From the NCBI GenBank assembly GCA_965195345.1, contig OZ239628.1, positions 1,120,001 to 1,184,000 on the forward strand: a stretch of 64,000 nucleotides of DNA, in the 5' to 3' direction. This document shows positions 46,694 through 56,971 of the stretch, one piece after another. The notes under the pieces are model-generated. The model saw only the letters and a program-made list of their open reading frames with translations. It did not search any database and was not told the DNA's origin. The stretch is from an uncultured Thiomicrospira sp. (GTDB taxonomy: Bacteria; Pseudomonadota; Gammaproteobacteria; CAKMZV01). Numbering within the stretch: position 1 is the first letter of the stretch; every line of letters starts with the position of its first letter. A program made the position numbers and the translations under genes.

Positions 46694-47676
46694 CCTGCCC
46701 CCACATTGTTTAATATTTCACTCGCTTTGTCTGGGCGAGCAATCAGCATTAATACAGCCATTCGGATAGCGATACCTTCGGTAACTTGTTGTAATATGAC
46801 AGAGCGTTCGCTATCAATTAAAGAAAATTCCATTTCAACACCGCGATTTACTGGACCGGGATGCATAACGATGGCATCAGGTTTTGCTTTTTCCAGTGCC
46901 TTGTTTGTTAATCCGTAACGATGATAAAACTCACGCTCCGTTGGGAAAAAAGCGTGTTCCATTCGTTCTTTTTGCAAACGTAATCCGATAATTACATCGG
47001 CATCTTTTAATCCTTCTTCAAGATTGTGATACACACTTACACCTAAGTTGACGGTGCAAGGCGGCACTAATGTTTTTGGACCAATAACGCGTATTTCGAG
47101 TGCGTCTAATGTATTGAGAGCGTGAATTTGAGAGCGTGCAACTCTTGAGTGTAGGATATCACCTACTATGGCTACTTTCAAGCCTGATATGCTTCCTTTT
47201 ACACGTTTGATTGTTGCCATGTCAAGCAGAGCTTGTGTAGGGTGTGAATAGCTTCCGTCTCCTGCGTTGATTATGGATACGGATGAGTTAGCGTGTTTTG
47301 CAAAGAAGCTGGCGGCGCCGCTAACGTGATGGCGGATGACGAATAAATCAGCGCCCATAGATTCTAAATTGTGTATGGTGTCGAGCAATGTCTCGCCTTT
47401 CTTAGTTGCAGAGTTATTCATATCGAGACTAATGATATTAGCTCCAAGATTTTTCTCGGCAATCTGAAAAGTTGTACGAGTGCGTGTGCTTGGTTCGAAA
47501 AATAGATTGAAAATTGAAATATCTTTTAATAGCGATTGCTTAATGGGGTTGCGATCCGCATCCATGAAAGCATCTGCTAAAGATATGATTTTTTCTATTA
47601 AACTTTTACTTAAGCCGTCAATCGTTAATAAATGTTTTAGGTTCCCGTCGGAATCAAGTTGCATTCTGTTAATCAT
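46690..47676 (-). CDS. pyrB: Aspartate carbamoyltransferase catalytic subunit
   Basis: FFEPSTRTR, INAGDG..SHPTQALLD, RLQKER, MHPGPVNRG. Confidence 0.97.
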   Translation of the reverse strand: MINRMQLDSDGNLKHLLTIDGLSKSLIEKIISLADAFMDADRNPIKQSLLKDISIFNLFFEPSTRTRTTFQIAEKNLGANIISLDMNNSATKKGETLLDTIHNLESMGADLFVIRHHVSGAASFFAKHANSSVSIINAGDGSYSHPTQALLDMATIKRVKGSISGLKVAIVGDILHSRVARSQIHALNTLDALEIRVIGPKTLVPPCTVNLGVSVYHNLEEGLKDADVIIGLRLQKERMEHAFFPTEREFYHRYGLTNKALEKAKPDAIVMHPGPVNRGVEMEFSLIDSERSVILQQVTEGIAIRMAVLMLIARPDKASEILNNVGAG

Positions 47677-47909
47677 CGGGGTTGATTGTTAGGATTAATC
47701 ATTTAGCACACTGGATTTATTAATAGATACGTTTTGGTGAAGAACGAATGAGTGATTTGAAAAAATAACATCTTCATTGTCCGAATGGACATTTGCGAAA
47801 ACAAAAGCGGTTGTGAAGATAATGCTTTTCATAGTGATTGAATAGCTATTTTACCTCTTTTTATTGGTTGAAGTGCTGGTTAAAGCAAGGATGCGTTGTA
47901 TTTTGAAAA

Positions 47910-48350
47910 TTAAGAATGCAGCCATGCATTTAGAATAATGGAGGCTGCGATGTCATCAAGTTCTGTATCGTTGCGTGTAACTTTGTTTTCTCTGCACCAG
48001 TTTTTTGCAAGTTTTGTGGTGAAACATTCGTTGATAGTGTGTATTGGTGCGTTTGAAAATAATTTGAGTTGCTCGATAAAACGTTCTATGTATTTCATCG
48101 ATGACATTTTTTGACCTTTAACATCAAGAGGATAGCCAACGACCAGTGCTTTTGGATTGTAATCCTTTATTAATTTTTGCAGTGCATTATGTAACTGATT
48201 ATCGTTAGCTACAATGCTTAAAGGTGTGGCTGTTTTGGTTATGTTTTGAGCGATGGCAATTCCTATACGTTTGGACCCGACATCAAATGCAAGCACATTG
48301 CCATTAAAATCAGGCAATTCCGTGTTCTCTGCTAAGGGCTGACATGTCAA
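47910..48350 (-). CDS. yqgF: YqgF/RuvX pre-16S rRNA nuclease
   Basis: LAFDVGSKRIGIA, VVGYP, E..TT, D..AA..IL. Confidence 0.9.
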   Translation of the reverse strand: MTCQPLAENTELPDFNGNVLAFDVGSKRIGIAIAQNITKTATPLSIVANDNQLHNALQKLIKDYNPKALVVGYPLDVKGQKMSSMKYIERFIEQLKLFSNAPIHTINECFTTKLAKNWCRENKVTRNDTELDDIAASIILNAWLHS

Positions 48351-48918
48351 TACCTAATTGTTCTGCTGCTACGCTCCAGCGCTGATCGCAAGGCACATCA
48401 AAAATGAGTTCTTTGAAAGCAGGCATTACCCACCAGCAACTTTCTTTTATTTCTTCATCTAATTGATTCGCTCCCCAACCGCTATAGCCTAATGCAACCA
48501 TATATCTTTCCCAGCAGTCGCCTTTAAAGATTTTCTCGAGCAGATCATTTGAGGTAGTTAGTGCTAAACCAGATTCTTCAATGTTAATGGTTGATGCCCA
48601 ACGGCTACCCCCTTCATGCAAAATAAACCCTCTGTCAACTTGAACGGGTCCGCCTTGGTAAACGCATTCATTAGACAATCTGTCCAGTTTTTCGGTAAAT
48701 TCGACGCTTTTGTCTAATTGCTCTTCTTCAACTAAAAACAATTCGTTAAGACTGACTTCTTTGAGCGCATGATTTATGATAATACCTAGTGCGCCCTCTT
48801 CGTTGTGATCAACAACATAAACGATTTTTCGCTCAAAAAAACTCCCATCTAAATTTGGCATAGCAAGCAAGAAGCTATTGCTAAAATTTATAGTGTCAAA
48901 AGGCGGTTTTATTGTCAT
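48310..48918 (-). CDS. yqgE: YqgE/AlgH family protein
   Basis: FLLAMP, GGPV...RGFILH, LGYSGW..QL..EI. Confidence 0.92.
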   Translation of the reverse strand: MTIKPPFDTINFSNSFLLAMPNLDGSFFERKIVYVVDHNEEGALGIIINHALKEVSLNELFLVEEEQLDKSVEFTEKLDRLSNECVYQGGPVQVDRGFILHEGGSRWASTINIEESGLALTTSNDLLEKIFKGDCWERYMVALGYSGWGANQLDEEIKESCWWVMPAFKELIFDVPCDQRWSVAAEQLGIDMSALSREHGIA

Positions 48919-48956
48919 AATGATAGTATTCTAACATTCTAAAAAATAATTTAAAA

Positions 48957-49931
48957 ATGAAAAGAAATGTTTCGTATATACTTTTTTTACTGCTTTCTTT
49001 GAGTTTTTCACATCTTCTTTTTGCAGAAAGTTCGTTAACTCTCTCTTCTAATGCACGTGAAAAGATGGACACTGCGCTCTTTTCAGAACCTGTTGAGGTT
49101 ATCTCGGGAATATGGGTGGCCGTTGGCGCAACTGCTCCGCCCTCTTATGAGAATGGTGGTCATAACAATAATTTATCTTTTATTCTTACTAAAGAAGGCG
49201 TTGTTGTTGTCAATGCAGGAAATAGTTATTTGCTTTCTGCAGCTTTGCATGATCGAATCAAAAAAATCACGCAACAGCCCGTTAAATATGTGGTCTTAGA
49301 AAATGGACAAGGACATGCCATGATGGGTATGAATTACTGGCAAGAGTTGGGAGTAAAAATTATTGCGCATGAAGATACCTTCACTGAAATAGAAGAGCAT
49401 GGGCACGACATTGAAGATCGATCGAAGACGTTTTTGCGGGATAAATTTCACAAAACCAAACTTAGTAAACCTGATATTTCTTTTGAAGATAAATACGTTA
49501 TTGATTTGGGCGATGAGCGTATCGAGTTGTTAAACCTTGGTCCAGCACACAGTCCAGGTGACACGATGGTTTGGTTGCCAAAACGTTCACTTATAATTAC
49601 AGGTGATATGGCTTTCCACGAACGATTGTTGCCTATTTTTGAACATACGGATACAGCGGGATGGCTTGACACATGGGAAAAATTTGCCGACTTAAAGGCG
49701 CAACATGTAATACCCGGACATGGCAGTCCAACCAATATGGCAGAAGTGACCAAGTACACGAAGAATTACTTGGAGTATTTGCGGGACAAAATAGGCGTGT
49801 TAATCGAGGACGGGGGAGATTTGACGGATGCCTATGAAATAGACCAAAGCCCTTATAAGCATCTTGATACGTTTAAGGAATTGGCAAAAAGAAATGCTGG
49901 TCGGGTTTTTCAAGAAATGGAATTTGAATAA
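48957..49931 (+). CDS. Exported metallo-beta-lactamase-fold protein (SoxH-like)
   Basis: Signal peptide, ENGGHNNN, ENGQGH, AHSPGD, GD, PGHG. Confidence 0.75.
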   Translation: MKRNVSYILFLLLSLSFSHLLFAESSLTLSSNAREKMDTALFSEPVEVISGIWVAVGATAPPSYENGGHNNNLSFILTKEGVVVVNAGNSYLLSAALHDRIKKITQQPVKYVVLENGQGHAMMGMNYWQELGVKIIAHEDTFTEIEEHGHDIEDRSKTFLRDKFHKTKLSKPDISFEDKYVIDLGDERIELLNLGPAHSPGDTMVWLPKRSLIITGDMAFHERLLPIFEHTDTAGWLDTWEKFADLKAQHVIPGHGSPTNMAEVTKYTKNYLEYLRDKIGVLIEDGGDLTDAYEIDQSPYKHLDTFKELAKRNAGRVFQEMEFE

Positions 49932-50098
49932 ACTGCGATATTTGTATTACACTTTCGAGTGCAACCTGAAAAGTTCAGTTGAATCAAAGCCTTGATTGAG
50001 CGCGCGTCTATTCATAAACCCACACTTTATAGAATAAGTTCTCGTAGTTCTATTTATAACGGACGTATTGTCTTTTCTGTGCATGATATATTTTTGGG

Positions 50099-51160
50099 AT
50101 GTATTCATGCGAACAACTTTTTTTCTTACAGTGGTCACTGACTAAAAACTTAGGCAACCATTTATTTAGACAGTTCATTGATGCTGGTTTCTCTTTTGAC
50201 GAAAAAGGAATCAAAGCATTTATTGGTGAAAATAATAAAATCTCAACTGAATGGCGCAATGCCTCTCGAAAGAAGATGGAAGTGGCAGATTTCGTTTTGG
50301 CAGAAAAATACCACATCGTTGCCTATTGCGATGACCATTACCCTAGTCTACTCAAGGAAATACCTGATCCACCACCTATTCTCTATGTCAGGGGAGATAC
50401 ACATGCGTTAAAAAAACAAGCTATTGCAGTCGTTGGCACGAGAACACCTACTCCTATTGGACAAAAAAGTACGCGTTCTCTTGTTAATGATCTTGTCCAA
50501 TTGGATTTTGTAGTTTGTAGTGGGTTGGCTTTGGGAATAGACGGCTGTGCGCATCAATCAACGCTGGATTGTGAAGGAATTACTATAGCAGTGTTGGGCA
50601 CTGGTATAGATAAGATATACCCTAAAAGGCATTTGGAATTGGCAGAAAGGATTGTAGAAAAAGGTGGCATACTGATCAGTGAAATGCCTTTTGGAAGCCC
50701 TCCTTTACCGAGAAACTTCCCACCAAGAAATCGCATAATCAGTGGAATATGCTCTGTTACTATCGTGGTTGAGGCTGCAATGAAAAGTGGTTCATTACTC
50801 ACTGCTCGGCAAGCGATTGAACAAGGCAGAGAGGTTTTTGCTTTCCCAGGTAGTATTCACTCAGAAGTGTCCAGAGGATGCCATTGGCTTATACAGCAAG
50901 GCGCAAATTTATTCATGAGTGTTGATGACATTGTCGAGCAAGGCGGTTGTATCCTTGCGTCCCAAAACCTCCCATCTTCTTTGGATGAAGAGTGTAATGA
51001 CAAGTTGTTGAAGCATATGGGATTTGATGTGTGGCATATAGACGATCTTGTTGAAAGCATTGAGATGGATTTATACAAATTACAGAGTGTTCTTATTGCG
51101 CATGAGATGAAAGGCAATGTTAAATCGATATATGGTATCAAATGGCAACGAATCATTTAG
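50099..51160 (+). CDS. dprA: DNA-processing protein DprA
   Basis: AVVGTR, SGLALGIDG.AH, FPPRNRIISG, VVEAAMKSGSL. Confidence 0.93.
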   Translation: MYSCEQLFFLQWSLTKNLGNHLFRQFIDAGFSFDEKGIKAFIGENNKISTEWRNASRKKMEVADFVLAEKYHIVAYCDDHYPSLLKEIPDPPPILYVRGDTHALKKQAIAVVGTRTPTPIGQKSTRSLVNDLVQLDFVVCSGLALGIDGCAHQSTLDCEGITIAVLGTGIDKIYPKRHLELAERIVEKGGILISEMPFGSPPLPRNFPPRNRIISGICSVTIVVEAAMKSGSLLTARQAIEQGREVFAFPGSIHSEVSRGCHWLIQQGANLFMSVDDIVEQGGCILASQNLPSSLDEECNDKLLKHMGFDVWHIDDLVESIEMDLYKLQSVLIAHEMKGNVKSIYGIKWQRII

Positions 51161-52617
51161 CTATCATTTCATTGTGTAGCACACTTTGTCTGTTTATGAA
51201 CGGGTGTGCTAACCTCCCAGAAGAGTATGAAGAACTTAATGAGCAATCATTTGATCTTTCTTTACCGAAGAAGAAGATAAACAATGTAAGTTATGTAAAC
51301 AGCAATAATCCGCTTTTAAAAGAAACACAAAAAGCGAATAAAAAAAGAGTTGAATTTAGAGATACTGCTTTTTGGCAGAGAGAAGCGTCGGTTCATTTTG
51401 AAGATTTACCTTTGAGTATTGCTTTAAAAGGATTGAGTGAGTCATTTGAATTTGATTTTTCTATCGATTTTGCAATTCATGAGAAAATTAATTTCCAAGG
51501 GAATAACATACCATTAGCACATATTATTGCCAGCCTTGAAAGGCAAAGCGGCGTGCAAGTCAAGTGGTATTCTAAAAAAGTCCTATTTCAAAAAAACGTT
51601 GCATCTTGGCGCGCTCACGATGTTCCGTATCTCAATATACGGCGCAAAAGTATTTCCAGACTAGCACTTAAACAAAGCATAAATCAAGACGGCTCAAATT
51701 CAGGTGATATTACGCAAATTGATAATGCTGTTGAAAATAGTTTTTGGGGGAATTTAAAGAATAATTTAGAGTTTTTCTTGGAAGAAAATGATCGATTGGT
51801 TGTGAACCATGAAGCTGGAGTTATTAGTGTTCATGCCACGCAAAGCACACAAGAAATAATCGATAAGTATTTGAATAAAGTGATGAAATCACATAGTCGT
51901 CAAGTTATTATTGAGGTTTCTATTTTAGAGGTTGAGTTAAATAACGAATATCAACAGGGTATTGATTGGTCGGTTATAAGTGGCAATAATTCAGTCTCTC
52001 AATCGCTATTAGGAGCTGCACTAGTACAATCCCCAAATGGACAAATATTGACTTCATTGGTTTCCGATGATTTGACTGCCAATGTAAATATTCGTTTGTT
52101 AGAGCAGTTTGGCAGCACAAAAGTACTATCATCGCCGCGTCTGCAAGTGCTAAATAACCAAACAGCGTTGCTTAAAGTGGTAGATAACCTTGTTTACTTC
52201 ACTGTTGATTCAGCCACTTCCATTAATCAGAACGGTTCTGTTACAAATTTTGATACAGAAATCAATAGTGTAGCGGTTGGTTTGATTCTCGCGTTAACGC
52301 CATTTATAAATAATCAAGATGAAATATTGCTTAACCTCCGCCCTACTATTTCTCGAATAGCTGGCACTGTTCGTGATCCGCATCCTGTATTGGCACAGCA
52401 AGGGGTTATTTCTGAAGTTCCTATAATTCAAAAGCGTGAATTGGAATCAATTTTAAAAGTACGTTCTGGCTCTACAGCGGTTATTGGCGGGCTTATTCAG
52501 CAACGCGCTGTGCACAGCAATAGCAGCTTGCCAAATTTAAGTGGGCTGGGGCTTGATGGAAGCAGCAAAAGAAATTCTGAATTGGTTCTGTTGATTAAAC
52601 CAAAGATTATTCAATGA
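51142..52617 (+). CDS. Secretin (MshL/PulD-like lipoprotein)
   Basis: Lipobox NGC, RQVIIEVSILEV.L....GIDW, VLSSPRLQVLNNQTA. Confidence 0.88.
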   Translation: MATNHLAIISLCSTLCLFMNGCANLPEEYEELNEQSFDLSLPKKKINNVSYVNSNNPLLKETQKANKKRVEFRDTAFWQREASVHFEDLPLSIALKGLSESFEFDFSIDFAIHEKINFQGNNIPLAHIIASLERQSGVQVKWYSKKVLFQKNVASWRAHDVPYLNIRRKSISRLALKQSINQDGSNSGDITQIDNAVENSFWGNLKNNLEFFLEENDRLVVNHEAGVISVHATQSTQEIIDKYLNKVMKSHSRQVIIEVSILEVELNNEYQQGIDWSVISGNNSVSQSLLGAALVQSPNGQILTSLVSDDLTANVNIRLLEQFGSTKVLSSPRLQVLNNQTALLKVVDNLVYFTVDSATSINQNGSVTNFDTEINSVAVGLILALTPFINNQDEILLNLRPTISRIAGTVRDPHPVLAQQGVISEVPIIQKRELESILKVRSGSTAVIGGLIQQRAVHSNSSLPNLSGLGLDGSSKRNSELVLLIKPKIIQ

Positions 52618-52744
52618 ATTTTAACTTGCTAAAGAACGTTAAAAATAAGGACTGGATAACCCCAAGGAGTAACCTGTTACCGTTTGCGCAAGCGCGAAGC
52701 CAAGCGAAGAAAAAATGGCTATTGCATAGCATGCTTTATGTGGT

Positions 52745-54349
52745 GTGCATGATGCTGATTATGATTTTAAGTGGTTTCTTATATTCTCAAAACATGATAT
52801 TTTTCTTATGAATAAAGAAGCAGATAAACATTATTTGAGTACCCTTTTACGTGAGAAAGTAATAGATGAAGAGAATTTTCGTTTAGCGACTTATGAGCAT
52901 AATCTAACAGGAGACTCTGGAGTTAAATTTTTATTGCTTGAAGGTTACCTTGATACAGAATGTTGGTTTGACTTTTGCTTTGAACATTGGAATTTGAATA
53001 AATATAATCCAGAAAAACAGAGTATTGATAATGACTTCACTAAACAATTTGAATTTCACGAATTGTCAAAATTAGATTTTCTACCTATTTCTTATAAAGA
53101 CAATGAATGCATAGTTCTTACGCCCTATCCGTGGTTGAATGAACACGTTCATTACCTACGCGAGCGTCTAAATTTTAACGTTCAAATATGCACCTTGCTT
53201 ACAAGCTATACTAAATTTATATCGTTGCAAAGGCGTTTTACTGAACAGTTGGGGAATTTAACCGACTTAGTGGATGATATTTCTGTTCATCCTCAGTGTT
53301 TACGCGAACAATACTCAAAAATGGATCATCCTGTGGTTCGCTTAGTCACAGCAATTATTGAGGATGCATTAGAAAATAATGCTTCAGATGTTCATTTTGA
53401 TCCTTGTGGATATGAAACTACAGTACGTTATAGGATAGATGGCGTTTTGCGTCATAGAATTTGCATACACTCGCATCTTTGGCAAGCGGTAAGTATTCGT
53501 TTTAAAGTTTTAGCAAATATCGATATTACAGAAAAGCGTTTCCCCCAAGAAGGCAGTTTTGTTGCTGCTCTTACACAACAGGTGGATATTCGCTTGTCGG
53601 TCGTTCCGGGAATGAACGGTGAACACTTCGTACTGCGGTTTCTACGTAAAGAGACGTGCGATATTCTGGATAACTCAGGAATTGGTAGCAAGCAAATAGC
53701 AATGCTTTCCAATATTATTTCCCAACCATATGGGATGATTATCGTTGCAGGACCAACAGGCAGTGGTAAGAGTACTACGCTTTACGGTATGTTGCAACGA
53801 CTCGATAATCAAAAACTTAACGTTATTACTCTCGAAGACCCTGTTGAACAAAGGCTCGTTAATGTTCGTCAAATTCAAATAAATGAAGACAGTGGGCTTG
53901 GCTTCCATAAAGTGCTCAAAAGTGTACTTAGGCAAGATCCAGATGTCATATTGATTGGAGAAATGCGTGATGAACAGACGGCTAACCTTGGAGTAAAAGC
54001 GAGCATGACAGGGCATTTAGTATTGACGACGGTTCATGCCGATGACACTTTGGGTATCTATACGCGTATGCAGGATTTGAATGTGAGAAAGCAATTGTTG
54101 GAAAAACAGTTGAAAGGTTTAATTGCACAAAGACTTTTGAGACGTCTATGCTCGCATTGTAAAGGTGCATCTTGTCCTCGTTGCTCTGGCACTGGTTACG
54201 ATGGGCGTTTCGCCATTATGGAAATCATTGATTTTTCTCAATCAAGTGCGCCACAGAAACATCTAAATGAAATCGCTTTGGAGAGTGTTAGCAAGGGTTT
54301 GACTGATTTAAAAGAAGTAGAAAGAGTTCTAGGCAATGTTTCGCTCTAA
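52745..54349 (+). CDS. GspE/PilB-family secretion ATPase
   Basis: ASDVH, GPTGSGKSTT, TLEDPVE, LRQDPDVILIGEMRD, CxxC pairs; start may be 52808. Confidence 0.92.
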   Translation: MHDADYDFKWFLIFSKHDIFLMNKEADKHYLSTLLREKVIDEENFRLATYEHNLTGDSGVKFLLLEGYLDTECWFDFCFEHWNLNKYNPEKQSIDNDFTKQFEFHELSKLDFLPISYKDNECIVLTPYPWLNEHVHYLRERLNFNVQICTLLTSYTKFISLQRRFTEQLGNLTDLVDDISVHPQCLREQYSKMDHPVVRLVTAIIEDALENNASDVHFDPCGYETTVRYRIDGVLRHRICIHSHLWQAVSIRFKVLANIDITEKRFPQEGSFVAALTQQVDIRLSVVPGMNGEHFVLRFLRKETCDILDNSGIGSKQIAMLSNIISQPYGMIIVAGPTGSGKSTTLYGMLQRLDNQKLNVITLEDPVEQRLVNVRQIQINEDSGLGFHKVLKSVLRQDPDVILIGEMRDEQTANLGVKASMTGHLVLTTVHADDTLGIYTRMQDLNVRKQLLEKQLKGLIAQRLLRRLCSHCKGASCPRCSGTGYDGRFAIMEIIDFSQSSAPQKHLNEIALESVSKGLTDLKEVERVLGNVSL

Positions 54350-55346
54350 ATTTAATAAAAAAATGTTTGAACAGTATTTTTGCCAGCAAATGGGAATGCT
54401 GCTTCAAAGTGGCTTGAAACCTGTTGTAGCATTACGTGAATTAGCTTTACAGAATAACCCTATTACATGGCAGGAAAAGATAGAAAAAGTCAATGATCTT
54501 GTGTTTTCAGGTAATACATTTAGTCAGTCGATGAGCGCAATTGATAGCTTTGATGATAATTTATTGAGTTTAATAGAAAACTCAGAGTCAACAAGCTCTG
54601 TAAAGGAAAGTTTTCAGATGTGGACTCAATGGTTAGAATGGCAGAATGCTTGGAAAAAGCGGTTAATTGATAAATTACGTTATCCAATTATCGTACTACT
54701 CGTTGTTTTAACAGCACTTCTTATAGCAATATGGTTCATATTACCCAACTTAAGGTTATTTGAAGCAAGCGGTGGAGAGTTGCCAATAGTTAGCCGTTGG
54801 ATGTTAATTATTTTTGACTATCCTGTGGTATTTATAAGCAGTGTGTTGTTCATGCTTGCTTTTCTTTATTCAGTGCGCAATCGATTAAAGAAAACAATTG
54901 CACTATTACTAAATCGCAATTCTTTTATAAACGCCACGGTTCAAGAGTTTGAGGCGATGCGCTTTTTCCACGTCTTGCAACTTCTACATTGTGCCAATTT
55001 AGCTTTAGAACGACAATTACAAATTGGCTGCAAAATAATACGTGTATCCGCATTTAAAAAGGAATGGATAGAAATTCATCAACGGTTACTAAACGGAGAG
55101 CCTTTCTCTTTGGTTCTGTCAAACTATCCGCATTGGCCTAATGTTATTGGTCATTTAATAGCGAATTGTCGTCATTTAAAAGACTTTGAGAAAGCGTGGG
55201 AGCAGTTGGCGCACTATTTCGAAGAACGTGTAAACACTAAAGTAAATAAGATTGAGCCAGTGATTGAGCCCGTATTGACATCCATAACAGGTCTTATTGT
55301 AGTAGGGTTTGTCATGTTGTTTCTTTTACCTATGTATGCAGGATAG
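54336..55346 (+). CDS. GspF/PilC-family inner membrane platform protein
   Basis: LLQSGL, G.TFSQ, L.YP, IEP.L, LPMY. Confidence 0.85.
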   Translation: MFRSKFNKKMFEQYFCQQMGMLLQSGLKPVVALRELALQNNPITWQEKIEKVNDLVFSGNTFSQSMSAIDSFDDNLLSLIENSESTSSVKESFQMWTQWLEWQNAWKKRLIDKLRYPIIVLLVVLTALLIAIWFILPNLRLFEASGGELPIVSRWMLIIFDYPVVFISSVLFMLAFLYSVRNRLKKTIALLLNRNSFINATVQEFEAMRFFHVLQLLHCANLALERQLQIGCKIIRVSAFKKEWIEIHQRLLNGEPFSLVLSNYPHWPNVIGHLIANCRHLKDFEKAWEQLAHYFEERVNTKVNKIEPVIEPVLTSITGLIVVGFVMLFLLPMYAG

Positions 55347-55348
55347 GT

Positions 55349-56185
55349 ATGAGTTTTTGCAAATTATTAGCAAGAGAACAAGTGGTTATAGCAAATAACT
55401 TCTATGTTTTTAAACGTGGGCAATTTATACAAAGTGCAAAATTACCAACGGGAAGGTTGAGCATTCAAGTAAGTCTAGCGCATTTTAATATGTCTGATGG
55501 GCAAATTATTTTTGAAAAAAAATACGATGCATTGCTGAAAAACTTGAAAAATGCTGTTATTTACCCGGGTGTGTCAGCTCCTTATATTGATGGGCATAGT
55601 GCATGTATTCTTGAAGGTAAGCATGCACACATAATTCAGTGCAATGATGGGGTAGTAATAAATTCCCACCCTATTGCTTTGGAGAAAGAAAGTCAGTTGC
55701 CGTGGAAACTTCCAGAAGAAAGGCAAATAGCAAATACATGGGTAGTATATAGACCGGCAATTTCGCTTTGGACATGGCTAATAGGTAGTAGTATTGCTAT
55801 TTTTTTAGGTATATATTGTCTGCAATTTCAAAAAAACAAGCAGATAGAAGGTCAAACAAGCCGAATAGTCCCGAAGGTTAGTATTGCATCGGTCAATACA
55901 GAAGAATTAGCTCAGAAGTATTTGAATGACTTGATGCATATAAGCAAAACTATCAGGAAATATCCTCAAATTAGCATTAAACGTCTTAACTGGCAACAGG
56001 AATCGTTGCACATTTCGGGCGAGTGGCTAATAAGGCAGACGAATTTTGTTGAATTTGAAAACATCTGGAAACAATTTATTGATGACGTAAGTGCCAGTTC
56101 TTCCGTACGTATTGATATAAATCCATTAATGGGTGTTTGGGAGATGGAAAAACAATTTTCTATACGCTTGAATCAGAAAGGTTAG
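55349..56185 (+). CDS. Pilus/secretion cluster protein, single TM
   Basis: Operon position; central TM. Confidence 0.55.
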   Translation: MSFCKLLAREQVVIANNFYVFKRGQFIQSAKLPTGRLSIQVSLAHFNMSDGQIIFEKKYDALLKNLKNAVIYPGVSAPYIDGHSACILEGKHAHIIQCNDGVVINSHPIALEKESQLPWKLPEERQIANTWVVYRPAISLWTWLIGSSIAIFLGIYCLQFQKNKQIEGQTSRIVPKVSIASVNTEELAQKYLNDLMHISKTIRKYPQISIKRLNWQQESLHISGEWLIRQTNFVEFENIWKQFIDDVSASSSVRIDINPLMGVWEMEKQFSIRLNQKG

Positions 56186-56186
56186 C

Positions 56187-56609
56187 ATGAATATAGCAAA
56201 GCATATATTGTTTGGAGCGTGTTGGGTTGTCGCCGTAGTTTTCACTTATAACACTTTGTTTTCGCAGGAAATAACAATAAATAGAGAAGTGACACTTGAG
56301 CAAAAGCGTTTGCAGAATGAGCCAACGAAAGGGGTGGATGTGAAAGGAGTATATTCGCCCTCAAAAGATCTTGACGGACTTTCAAAATTACTACTCCAGC
56401 GTAGTTTTAAGGCGGAAGTAAGTCACGGAGAGGGGCAAATAATTTTGCAAAGTTCAAGCGTAAATGAGCACGAATGGTTTCAATTTTGGCAAGAGGTAAG
56501 TGATTTTTCAAAAAACAGCATAACTTACTCAACGTTATATCTAAAAGAGTGTGCCCTCAACTTAAAAGGATTGGGTCAGTTGGAGGCAAAATGCACATTG
56601 CGCTACTGA
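56187..56609 (+). CDS. Pilus/secretion cluster protein, N-terminal TM
   Basis: Operon position. Confidence 0.5.
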   Translation: MNIAKHILFGACWVVAVVFTYNTLFSQEITINREVTLEQKRLQNEPTKGVDVKGVYSPSKDLDGLSKLLLQRSFKAEVSHGEGQIILQSSSVNEHEWFQFWQEVSDFSKNSITYSTLYLKECALNLKGLGQLEAKCTLRY

Positions 56610-56971
56610 TTGCTTTCTTTTTTCTCATTGCACCTATTGCTTCGGCTGTTGCATATGAGCAATATGTGCCAATTTTTAAAACTTCCACTCAGATGAATGA
56701 TGTTGCGGAAGCATCGTCGCATGGATTGAGTGTCACTGAAACCAAGAACAATAATCCCATAGACTTTAAAGATTTACCCGATACAACTCAGGCGGATTTT
56801 GATGTGGAGGATGTGGTGGAGACTGCATTAGATAATAAAGCTAAAGAGGAAGATAAAAATGAAGTAAATAAGATTAAAGAAAATCTCAATGTTCTTTTAA
56901 ATCAATGGATTGAAACAAGAGATTTTGTTTGGGTGTTGCAAGGGAAAAGTTGGGTTAAGAAAACAAAATGA
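56549..56971 (+). CDS. Exported hypothetical protein
   Basis: Signal-peptide-like MHIALLIAFFFLIAPIASA. Confidence 0.5.
   Translation: MCPQLKRIGSVGGKMHIALLIAFFFLIAPIASAVAYEQYVPIFKTSTQMNDVAEASSHGLSVTETKNNNPIDFKDLPDTTQADFDVEDVVETALDNKAKEEDKNEVNKIKENLNVLLNQWIETRDFVWVLQGKSWVKKTK

Noticed and set aside
47804-47831. TGAAGATAAT partial match to the recombination site near pyrB
   Set aside because: Only 10 bp match and arms unlike A or B sites; expected by chance in AT-rich DNA.
47677-47909. pyrR or a small ORF between yqgF and pyrB
   Set aside because: Gap too short for pyrR; a 45-codon minus-strand ORF has no recognisable features.
52614-52811. 65-aa ORF between secretin and ATPase genes
   Set aside because: Could be real given coupled overlaps, but no recognisable family; not called.
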